NCBI GenBank assembly: GCA_964016885.1
Contig: OZ024742.1
Coordinates: forward strand, 283,650,001 to 283,714,000
Direction of reading: 5' to 3'
Length of the DNA stretch: 64,000 nucleotides
From: Eledone cirrhosa
Taxonomy: Eukaryota
A program made the position numbers and the translations under genes. Of the stretch, positions 37,500 through 49,504 are shown in pieces (positions within the stretch are counted from its first letter, which is position 1; each line of letters opens with the position of its first letter). The notes below the pieces were generated by a model. The model had not been told where the DNA came from and made no database searches. It worked only from the letters and a program-made list of their open reading frames with translations.

Positions 37500-38995
37500 C
37501 ATCATCATCATCATCATCAGGTTTAGCGTCCGTGTTCCACACTTGCATGGGTTTGGACGGGGGTTTTCCCACTTGAGGCAAGAGTGGTTGTCTTGCTCGC
37601 ATAGGACTGTCTGGCGGGTTTTCTACAGTTGGATGCCCTTCCTAACACCAACCACATTTACAGTGTGGGGCTGGGAGGTTTTTACCGTGTTGCCTACACG
37701 GCCACATTACAGCGTGGACTGTCTGGCGGATTTTCTACAGCTGGATGCCCTTCCTAACACCAACCACATTTACAGTGTGGGGCTGGGAGGTTTTTACCGT
37801 GTTGCCTACACGGCCACATTTACAGCGTGGACTGTGTGTTTTTTGTCGTGACACCTACACGATCTCATTTGTTTCGGCCTGGATGTTGTGGGACCAACAT
37901 AACTTTACATTGAAAGGGGCGGTGTGGGTGGGGTGGAGGTGGTGGGACGGGGGTGTGTTTTGATAGAGGTGCCTACTGACTGTAGTAGGTTTTTACTTTG
38001 TATTTAGGTAAGGCGGGTCTTCTCTATTACTGAGTACCGCCAAAGGTCTCGGTCCAGTGACATTGTCTTGGAGAGGTGTAAGCGTGTGAGGTCGGAATTT
38101 ATCAGCTCGTCCCATGTTTTTCTGGGTCTGCCTACTCCGTGGCTACCGTCTATCTTTATTGCCCTGCACTTTGTTATACAGCTGTCGTCTTTCATGCGCA
38201 TCACGTGACCGTACCAACGTAGCCTTCTCTCGAGTAAACAACATCTGATCCCTCTTATTTCTAATTTTTTCCTTAGTTCGTTTATGCTTTGCCGTTCACG
38301 TATATTACTATTGCACATCCAGCGGAGCATGCAAGCTTCGTTCCTCTCTAGTCTGCGTATATCCTCTGCACACAATGCCCAGGTCTCACTGCCATGCAGC
38401 ATTGCTGTTCGTATGCAGGCATCGTATAACCTGCCTTTCATTTTTCGGGAGAACCCTCTAGCGGCTAATAGTGGTATAAGCTCTCTGAACTTTTTCCATC
38501 CAGTTCTGACTCTAGCTACTGTACTTTCAGAGCACCCTCCCCCACTGCTGATTTTGTCACCCAGATAACGGAAGCTGTCCACTATTTCTATAGAACCCTC
38601 TGCGCAGTTGAAGGAGCTAGTATTTTGTGGGCACTTGCTGCTACTTATTGCACCAGAGCACCGGCCACATGTAAAATCTATGTTCTTAGTTAGCTTACCT
38701 GTGATCCCACTACATCTTTTATGCACCCATACTTTGCATTTGGGACATAAAATGGAGTTTCTACCTACGCCTTTCCTACACACTGAGCATGGCTTTCCCC
38801 GATGGTACCGCCGCCTTATATACATATATATATATATATACACACATATATATATATATATATGAGGTTGGTGTTAGGAAGGGCATCCAGCTGTAGAAAT
38901 CAAGCCAGAATCAGTTCCCGTCCCACCCTTGCAAGCAGGGAAATAGCGGACGTAAATGAAATGATGATGATTATATGTATATATATGTATGTATG

Positions 38996-39080
<85 letters not shown>

Positions 39081-42000
39081 CGCGCGGTTAATCCACTGGG
39101 AGTGAAGGACCCCTAGCCTTTGTCAGGGCATTCTTCTAGGAGAAGGCAACTCAGGAAACTGGGATAACTCCGATATAAAACCTGCGGCTCAGTAGTTACC
39201 GATGATGTTGATCCTTTCGTCTTTTCGAGTTATAGCTAGTGTCGCTCAGAGAGTGGGATTGGCTAAGTGCACTTTAAACAATATCTGCATGCACAGGCAT
39301 TGCACGATAGAATTAATTAATAATTATTAATAATGGTATATCGTGCAATGGGCATACTCGTTAACGAGAGGGCAGCCATCATATATATATATATATATTG
39401 GAAGAGAGAGAGACAGTGGAAGAGAGCAGAGACAAACACAGATACAGTGTCACACTGTCCGAACCTGAAGATTATGTTGAGTGTACATGTGTCCGTGGAA
39501 TATTCAGCCATCTACTGTATAAGTTGGTAGTTCTGTTGATTGACCAATTGGATCCTTTATTCATCAAAACCAGCATGAGATCTATGATGATGATCATCAT
39601 CCTTTTTACATCTGTTTTTCCATGCTTGCGTGGGTTGGATGAGTCTTTCCCAGCATAACCACTCTCCACTCATTGTGTTCTTTCATCATCTCCTCTATGT
39701 GGTTCAGTATTTTGAGATTATAATTTCTGCCCAAGTTTGCCTTGATCTCCCTTTATCATTGAAACAGTTCGTTTAAAAACTCTTATTAATGAGGGTTTAG
39801 AAATAAGATGTTTTAATTGTTAAAGGTGACTTGAGTTACAATGATGACTTTAGTTGTAAAGGTAACTCAGTTGTAAAGATGACTTTAATTCTATATTTTT
39901 TCCCCCCTTTGGTTCTGCAGTGCCAATTGTGTCCTCACTGAAGAACAAAATGCTTGGGTTAAATCAACAGAAGAATTGGTTTACCAACTACTTAAAGAAA
40001 CACCGCCTGATGGAGACACTTTTGCAAAATCTATACAGGTAAGCACATCATTTGTGTATCATCATCATCATTTTACATTGTCTTTCTATGCTGCTTGGAT
40101 TAAACTGGTTGTCATGGTCCATGACCTGTCGGATCAGAGCGACTTCATCTTGCTCATACATTCCATATTTGGCTTGGTTTCTACAGTTGGATGCTCTTAA
40201 CACCAACCACTTTGAATGTACTGGGTGTGTTTTATCATGGCACCAACACTAACACTTTACAAGGTATCCTGAGTTGCATTTTATTGCTTGTCTGGACTGA
40301 ATAGTTCTCACAAACCCTAATGTTGCCTTCAGTTTCTTGCCACACTTACTTTTAGTGTCACTTGTACTGCCAGGTGGGTCTTTTGTATTATGGCATATCA
40401 CTTGTCAACTTGGTCTTGTGTCATCTCCTTTGTGTATATAAGTTTGGGAATTTGTGAAAGAGAGGAAAAGAACCATTTCTGAAAGTCAACTAAATATCTT
40501 AAAAGCCTAATTGGAAATCAATTACCTCATATATTATATCTAATTACCAGCATATATTACGACGTGAAGAGAACTGGAATTCCTGGAAGAATGAAGGTTG
40601 TCCGTTGTTTGAGCGTCACAGCAGCACTGGTGATATGAGGTCTAAAACTAAGTAAGTTGAGTTTTTTACTTGGTTGAATTGTTAATGTTGTAACTGCCGT
40701 TATTGTTGTTGTTGTAATGTTGTAACATGTTGTTTCAGTGTTGTGGTAGTATTGTTGTAACTCTGTTGTTAAGGCAGAGTTATTAGAATGTCAGATTAAT
40801 TGACAGAGTTGTTAGAACGTCAGATTAAATATATCTCAGGTTGCACTCCAAGGTCAAATTCTTCCATGGTTCACTTTACCCTTTCATTCTTTCACAATCA
40901 ATCAATAAAGTACCAGTACTGGAGTTGATTCTTCTTCTCTTTCTCTGGAAGAAATTGGCTATGTTCCAAACTGAATAAAGATGGGCTCCAACAAGTTTAC
41001 AAATACCCAAGATATGCTGAGTGTCAGGATGGCACCTCTATGGAGGAGTGAAGGACTCTTTAACTTTTACTGGGCAGTGGACTGACAGTCATTAGAACGT
41101 CAGACAAATGCTTTATAGTATTTGTTCCCGTTCTTTACATTCTGAGGTCAACTTTGTCTATCATCCTTCCAGGGTTGATAAAATAAAGTACCAGTCAAGA
41201 ACTGAATCGATTTAATTGACTTTCCCCTCCCCCAAAGTTGCTGGCCCTGTCCTAAATTAGAAAGCATAATATTGTAACTGTTGTTTTTGTTATTAGTAGA
41301 CCTTGCAGTATTTTCAGTTGTTACCTATGACTTTCATAACTTCTGAGCTTCAATAAAATAAATACCAGTGATGTACCTGATTTAATCTGGTTGCTTATAC
41401 CTTAAAAAAATGTGACCTTGTGCTAATGTAAAAAATAAAACTTGATAAATATACACTAGGTGATGGAGTACCAGTTACAGACTAGGTGCAATCTTTTTGA
41501 TTATTTCTTCTCCCGATGCTTCTGGTTGTTCCCTCTTCTTAAAAAATTGTGTGTGTGTGTGTGTGTGTGTCCAAAAAAACAATTCCTTTTACCTATACAA
41601 GATGTTGCAGTACCAACCTCTTACTGGTGTAGATTTTATTGGCTATTCTCCATCCTTTTTAGTTGTTGTCATGTGTTGATACAAAAACAATAATTATAAA
41701 CAAACTTATGATTTACAGAGTTCTGGGAGAATTTGAAATTTGAAGATATGAGTGTCCTAAATTCAAAAAATTACTGTAACTTGCAGAAAAACTGCCCTTC
41801 GGGCAGTTTTCTGCTTGCATGTGTGTTCTGCGTATTGGTTTTATGCACAAATATATATGCTTATAGATATGATATGTAAATTGAAAAGTAAATTGACAAT
41901 ATCTTCTTCTTCACCCACTTATTTCTGAGAAGGTTGTGGGGGCAAAGTCCTCCTCAAACACTCTTTCCAATTAGTCTGTCTGAAGCAAACATCTTTAACT

Positions 42001-45000
42001 GATCCAGCTGGATCCCAAAGCGTGACCAGCCAAGCTCATGGTTGTTATCCAACTATCTTGCTCAGGGTCTACCTCTGGGTCTCTTGCTGGTTGGTTTTGC
42101 TGGTAAAATCTGTCCAGCGATTCTTTCCTGAGACATTCTAACCACATGCCCATAGTATCGGAGCTGTGATATCTCAATCCGGAGAAGTAGCGGCTCAACC
42201 AGGAGTGACTCTCTGATCTCCGAGCTATGCCCTTTATCGAGTAACGTTACCCCAAAGACCCTTCTGAGGAACCCCATTTCTGCCGTTTGTATTTGCAATT
42301 GTATTCTTTCGGTCATTACCCAATATTCATGACCCTCAGTAAGGGTTGGCAGAAATACCAGGAAGACAGCGAGTTTGGCTTTTACACCTACCTCCCTTCT
42401 TCTGATTACTAAATGCTGAAGCTGGCGCATTACTGCATCAGCTGTTGCAATTCTTGCACTTAATTCAGCCTCCTGCCTTCCATCACTCATGATAATTAAA
42501 CTTCTCCAGCTGCTTCAGTGGAACTCCATTCACATGTTTGTAAATTTGAGCGACTTCTGTCCATCTGTCTGACACAAAATGTGATACACAAGCAGCTAGG
42601 ACCACATACAAAAAAGGCAGGCGAAAGGGGTGGACAAACGAGCTACTACCAGAGCAAAAGATAACAATATCGCGAGGAGCACTGGGAAACCTCTCTAATA
42701 ATTTTTGAAACAAGCCAGTACACTTGCAGCGTTACCTCGGGTGAAGGCGAGGCTGAGATACTGGAACAACCAAGCACCTTCACAAACTTCATCAATTACC
42801 TCTGGTAGGTGAGTCGCCAGTGAAGATAAGATCTTGCAGTCAGTAGCCCGACTCTCCCAAACATCTCGAACGCTGGAAAATGTAGTTAACCAACAGAACA
42901 CGGTATTTTAGGATTTTGTTCTGTTCAGCTGCGGATGCTGTGGCTCTCGCCCTTACTGCTGCATCCAGGATGTGGGAAGAAGCAAAAGAGTGACTAACAG
43001 TGATGTCCCAGACAAAACATCTGCCTCTTGACCAGGAGCACAGGGTAAGACCGTCAGGTCTTTTCCCATCAATTCTGGACAACCCAAACGGTTTCAAAAT
43101 TGAGGGGATGTTTGCCTGGGCCAAAGCTCTTCTCTGGTAATAGGACAGTGTGTGTATGTGCGCGCGCGTGAGTTTGTTGGCATTCTTGAATTAAAGACGT
43201 GTCTGTGTTATATATATGTGTGTGTGTGTCATATATATGTGTGTGTGTATGTGTCACCGTTTTTAAGTTAGACATGTGTGTATCCCCTTCCTTCCTTTTA
43301 CACACACATACATTCACACAAACACACACACACATTGTGGGATGGACAAGAGTCGCTCAAATTTACAAACATGTGAATGGAGTTCCACTGAAGCAGCTGG
43401 AGAAGTTTAAGTATCATGAGTGATGGAAGGCAGGAGGCTGAATTAAGCGCAAGAATTGCAACAGCTGATGCAGTAATGCGCCAGCTTCAGCATTCAGTAA
43501 TCAGAAGAAGGGAGGTAGGTGTAAAAGCCAAACTCTGCCAACCCTTACTGAGGGTCATGAATATTGGGTAATGACCGAAAGAATACAATTGCAAATACAA
43601 ACGGCAGAAATGGGGTTCCTCAGAAGGGTCTTTGGGGTAACGTTACTCGATAAAGGGCATAGCTCGGAGATCAGAGAGTTACTCCTGGTTGAGCCGCTAC
43701 TTCTCCGAATTGAGAGATCACAGCTCTGATACTATGGGCTGTGGTTAGAATGTCTCAGGAAAGAATCGCTGGACAGATTTTACAGGCAAAACCAACCAGC
43801 AAGAGACCAAGAGGTAGACCCTGAGCAAGATAGTTGGATATTTACTTTACAATTTACATATCATATCTATAAGCATATATATATTTGCATATAAAACCAA
43901 TACGCAGAATACACATGCAAGCAGAAAACCGCCCGAAGGGTGGTTTTGCTGCTAGTATATATAAAGATACAGAGCTTAGCGTTGTTTTGAAAATTAGCTT
44001 TGTTTACAAACAGCGGAAGTTCTATTTCACTATCTCGTTTATTTAGTAGATAAATTATGTAATATTCATTCATTATCTATTCAAAGTAATCCAACTTATT
44101 TTACTAATGAGATTAAAAAATATATTCTGGATGCTGTCCCGCACTCCTTTTATTATAGTTAAGATAAGTCTATCACTATAAATAATTGTGAAAATTGGTT
44201 TAAATGTCCTTAGAGATTGAAAAAAGTGGACTGAAGTGCCTGTGAGGAAACGAACCCTGTATCTCCCAAATACTGTGCGAGCACATTAACCACACAGCTT
44301 GGCACTTCTGTCCACTTTTTTCTATCTCTATGAGTATTTTACACAATTTTCTCAACTATTATTTATAGTGATAGACTGTTATTGCATTCATTTTCTGCAT
44401 TTGGGACGCTCACATTTTCAAATTTCAAAATAATTATGTTTATTATCTGTATTATTAATCCACAGGCTGAAGAGGAAGAGTATTGGGAGTGACTTAATTG
44501 CAAGTGGAGGGAAGTTGATCAAAATGGGAAGTCCTGAGTTGACCCGATTATGGAATCTATGTCCAGATAACACAGAAGCCTGCAAATCAGAGAAAAGGTA
44601 AGTCGTGTTTTATTATGAAGACGCTATAGTGAAATATTACTTACTTGCTTTACCTCATATGTGAAGAAGCTACAGTGAAGTATCACTTACTTGCTTTACC
44701 TTATATGTGAGGTATGTGGTTTGGCCATTAGGGTGTTGGACTCATAATCATAAGGTCATGGGTTAAATTTTCGAACTAGGCAGTGTGTTGTGTCCTTGAT
44801 TGAGCAAGCCACTTCATTTCACATTGCTTCACTCCGCTCAGTTGGGAAAAAATATTAGTACCAGCCGTATCAACAGGTTGATGGGATGGGATGGGGTGGT
44901 GGGTGAGTTCAGTTAACCCTCTGTAAGAGACTGAAGTCCAATCAAAGGGGAGAAGTTTTTTCATGATAGGACTAGGACTCCTTTAATTTAATGTTTTTGT

Positions 45001-48000
45001 AAATTATAAACAATTCGAAGGGATTTAGTAAAATAACTAGCCATATTATTAAGCTGATATACATAGCTTGACAAAAATATTTTTCCATAACATTTTTTTA
45101 ATTCAAATATGAATAGTTTAAAATGAAAGAATTTTCATCGAACAGTTGGTGTGGTTTTAAGTGGGTTTGTATCAAATTTCTTATAGGAGGCCAGTTAAAA
45201 CCCACATAGGTGTGAGCTGTGACAACAACATACTTTTGACATCCACAACAGTCAAGCTACAAGGAAATATTAATTGCTTGTTTTGGCTTAGCTTCATAAC
45301 CTACATTATGAGAGCACCAATGACTGTAACCTGTAGAACATATATTTTTTACACTAGCAACTTTGCTGAATCATTAGATTAGTGCTGGTGTCATGGTAAA
45401 ATGCACCTAATACACTCTGTAAAGTGGTAGTGGTAGTGCCATGACAAAATGTACCCAATGTATTCTGTTAGATGGTTCACATAAGAGATAACATCAAGCT
45501 GTAGGAACTATGTCAAAAAGATAATGTATGTGCAAGATATGCACTTGTTTTTAACTTTTACACTACCATACTTCTAATGAAAGATATTGCCTGTAATTTT
45601 CAAATCATTTTGAAAATAATAAAGAAATTTAGAGTGATTTAAGCAATATAACTTGTTTAATTATTAAACTAGTAAAATGTAGTTTGTTTGAAGCATTGTA
45701 TGTAATATATAACATGGAAACAGATAGAAGGCTAAACAATGCAAAATGGACTGTAAGTTACCTGGTAATCTTTGTTTTGTTTTTTGTTGTTAGTTTTGGG
45801 ACCTAACTTATCAATGGTTTTTACATAAAATTATGGTGGAAGGTTTTTAGAGAAATATAACAGTTTTGTATCATAGAACCAGGTGTGGTTTGGTATTAGA
45901 AGTGTTAATAGCAACTGCTGTAGATTCTATCTTACATCTAGGCTACCCACCTACAATTGCGGTTGTATTTGTGTTGGCCTCAGTTACCTTTTACTCTCTT
46001 TACAGAGTGTTCTTACCAACATTGGAAGATTTCTTTGTCGATGCCATTGAACAGTCTGACCCTGAAGCCATGGTTGAAGATCAATACAAGTAAGGGTAGT
46101 TTTTGTTTCTGTATATGAGTGTTTGTAAGTGAATCCATGTATGTGTGTCAGTTTGTTTTATACAAATACAAGTGAAGGTAGTTGTTTTTTTGTTTCTATC
46201 TATGTTTTTATATATTTACTTGTATGAATGTGTGTGTGAGTAAGTGATGCAAGTATGTGTATTCTGTGGATCCAATTTAAAATAGGTACACTGTATCCTT
46301 GTGTGTTGTAAAAGGTGACTAAAGGTTTGACACCTGGAAGGGCACCCAGCTGTAAAACATTACCCCAACAAATAACCACTAATGTCTATGAAACCCATCA
46401 AGGGGCCCTCAAGGTCAACGCCTGCTTTGGAAGGGAAAATGGTTTTAAAATGCTTGTGTGTGTGTAAGTGTATGTGTTTGTAAGTAAATGCATATTTTTG
46501 TGTTGGTCTATTTCCAGTGGACTGGAACAACATAAAATAAAATATTTTGCTCAAGGTCACACAATATGCCTGCCACTAGATCCAGGAATCAAACACATGA
46601 TCTTACAATCTTGAGCCCAACACTAACCATTAGGCCATGTGCCTTCACTATATCACATATATTTGCATAATGATCTACTTGTGTAGAGAATGGTCTGGAA
46701 ATATTGCTGAGCGAGAGGAAGACAAATTGGGAATAGAACCATTGATGAATGTTGTGAAGAGAAATTGAATGAGATGGTTCGATCATGTGTCGAGCAAGGA
46801 TGGAAGTGACTGGGTTGGAAGAGTAATGGAAATGAATGTTGCAGAAAGTAGAGGAAAAGGAAGACCAAAAAAAAAACATCTCTGGGGATGCTGGAAGAGG
46901 AAGTGAAAGCCTGGAGTAGGTGGGGTACAGACAATAAGGCAAAGTAGAGAAGCTTGTGATGGGAATCTGCTAGGCTAGTCCTTGCTTTAGTAAGGAAACT
47001 GATCTTAAACTACTTGTTGTATAATCTATTTGTGTTGCAGATTGGTTAAAGATCAAGTGTTTCAGTGGAAAGCTCTCCGGTTACTAGCTCGTCGCAGTCC
47101 TCATTTCTTCACTCATGCTCCCCAACCAGCTGTTGAGTTACCTGTTTACCTAGAAAGCATGGTCACCAGACTAGCCAAAGAAATGCCGGTAAGCATTGAA
47201 GAGATGTCTTCCAAAACTTTAATGGGGTTGTAACCCTTTAGCATTTAAACTGGCCGTATCCGGCCAGAATTCTCTCACCTCTTTCTGTTCAAATCGGCTG
47301 TAACCGCCCACTCATACTGATGTTAAGATATTGTTCTCAAAGTAAATAATATCAAAATCTCCTATATTCGATATTATGTGATACAATTGTGTCAGGTAAA
47401 ACCTTTACCGTGAAAATATAATAGTATATATAGAGTAATGTAAATGCTAAAGGGTTAAAGATGTTTAGATGGATGAAATTTTTGTTGTATCCAGCGCTTT
47501 TGATTTTCAACTTACAGAACTTAAACATCAGTTAACAGAAGTTTAAAGGGACAGAAACAGTCCATTATATTAACCTCATCCCCACCTAGAAATTGATTGG
47601 TGTTTTATTTTATTGATTATAGAAAGATGAAAGGCAAAATTGACCTTGGAATGATTTAAACTCAGAATGTAAAGAGCTGCAAATAATACAGCAATACTTT
47701 AATAATCCTGCCAATCTAGCACTCTATAAATTTAGTTTACTGTAAATTTTCACAATGATCTGTACACTATAAAAATACTATAAACATTTGAATTAACAAG
47801 CCCATTTTTAGATATTTTCTGTTAAATTATTTCAGGATTTTAGGAGTTGATTCATAGAGCTTAGTTTTCATTCTACAGTTAATTATAACTATGCACCACA
47901 ATAAAATACTCCCAGTACACTCTGTAAAGGGGTTAGTGTTAGAAATGTTTTCAAGCTATAAAAACTATGCCAAAAAAGTTTAAAAGACCTTTCTGTTATG

Positions 48001-49437
48001 ACATGACAACTTCTCTAGCGCTGGTGCCATGCAAAATGCGCCCTGTACACCATGTAAATTGGTTGGTGATAGGAAGAGCATCCAACTGTAGAAACCATTT
48101 CAAAAAAGGCTTTCAACAGACTCACAAGTTGTATCAAGGGTACATCAACCTCTCTAGTGTTGTTGCCATGATAAAACATATTCAGTACACTCTGTAAAGT
48201 GGTTGGTGATAGGAAAGATATCCAGGCATAGAAAACTTGCCAAACATAGGATCAAGAGGGACACGGTGCTGAAAAAGACCCATCCATCCTATGCAAGCAT
48301 AGAAAAGTAGAAGTAAAATGATGATGAGGATTATGGTGTGGCTTAGCTGTTTAAACACGAGAAACAAATTCAATGCATGGATAGAGTGATGTGTAGTTTG
48401 AAAAGTGCAGTGAAGCATGAAACTCTTGGCTCTTTAATCATTGGTATAGCTTTGCAGTTATAATAAATTATATTGTTACTGTCATCATCAATGTTTTCTA
48501 TGCTGGCATTGGCTGGATTGATATATATGTAAAAGATAAACAGAAATAACAACACAATCGATACAGTATATGGAAGGGATATATTAAATTAATGCTTGAT
48601 ATAGCAGGAAGATGGTCTTAACGTTTCGGACGCGAGTCCTTCATCAGAAGAAAGAATGAGAAATAAGATAGATTGAGGTGATGGGCGGGTTGGAATTGGA
48701 AAAAATGTCTTTAGATAAAAATAACAGATCCATTCATGTTGACATCTCTTGCAAAACTGTTGATGCTGGCGTTTTGTGTATGATTTATTTTTTAGAAAAG
48801 TGGATGGTCATGCTGCCAATAAAACAACATGCCCCTGTTGGTTTTCACTTCAATTTATTATAAATTTCTGGTTGGTTAGTTCAATAACTAGATGGTGGTT
48901 TATATATTGTCAAAGCTCTTTTGTCACTCATTCTGTGACTGATATTTTATTTTGTGTCTCTCCTGAGGAGGTCACAGAATCTGTGATGTAAGAGCTTTGA
49001 CAATATATAAACAACCATCCAGTTATTGAACCAACCAACTAGAAATTTATAATAAATTGAAGTGAAAACCAACAGGCATGTGTGTTTTCTTGGCAGCATG
49101 ACCCTCCCAAAGTATAACAATATCTATTTCAGCACACATTTTCAGATAAGAAATCTTATAAAACAAATTCAAAAACGAAGTATATATCTATATATACTCT
49201 TTTACTCTTTTACCTGTTCCAGCCATCCGGCTGAGGCCATGCTGGGGCACCGCCCTATATATAAGAATATGTGTTTAAAGTACCATAGTAATTGAAACAT
49301 TCAAAGATTGAGCACTGGTGGGTAGTGTAAATTTATTCTTTAAATAGAAAAGTGGCAGTGGCTTTCTAATTTCCATTTGGTCACTTCATCAAACCTCAAA
49401 CTTTGAAGTCTCACCCACTTTGCTCTGTGTGTGTAAT

Positions 49438-49504
<67 letters not shown>

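Noticed and set aside
41787-41814. Rho-independent terminator-like hairpin with T run
   Set aside because: Eukaryotic intron; it mirrors the Helitron-type 3' hairpin at 43921-43955.
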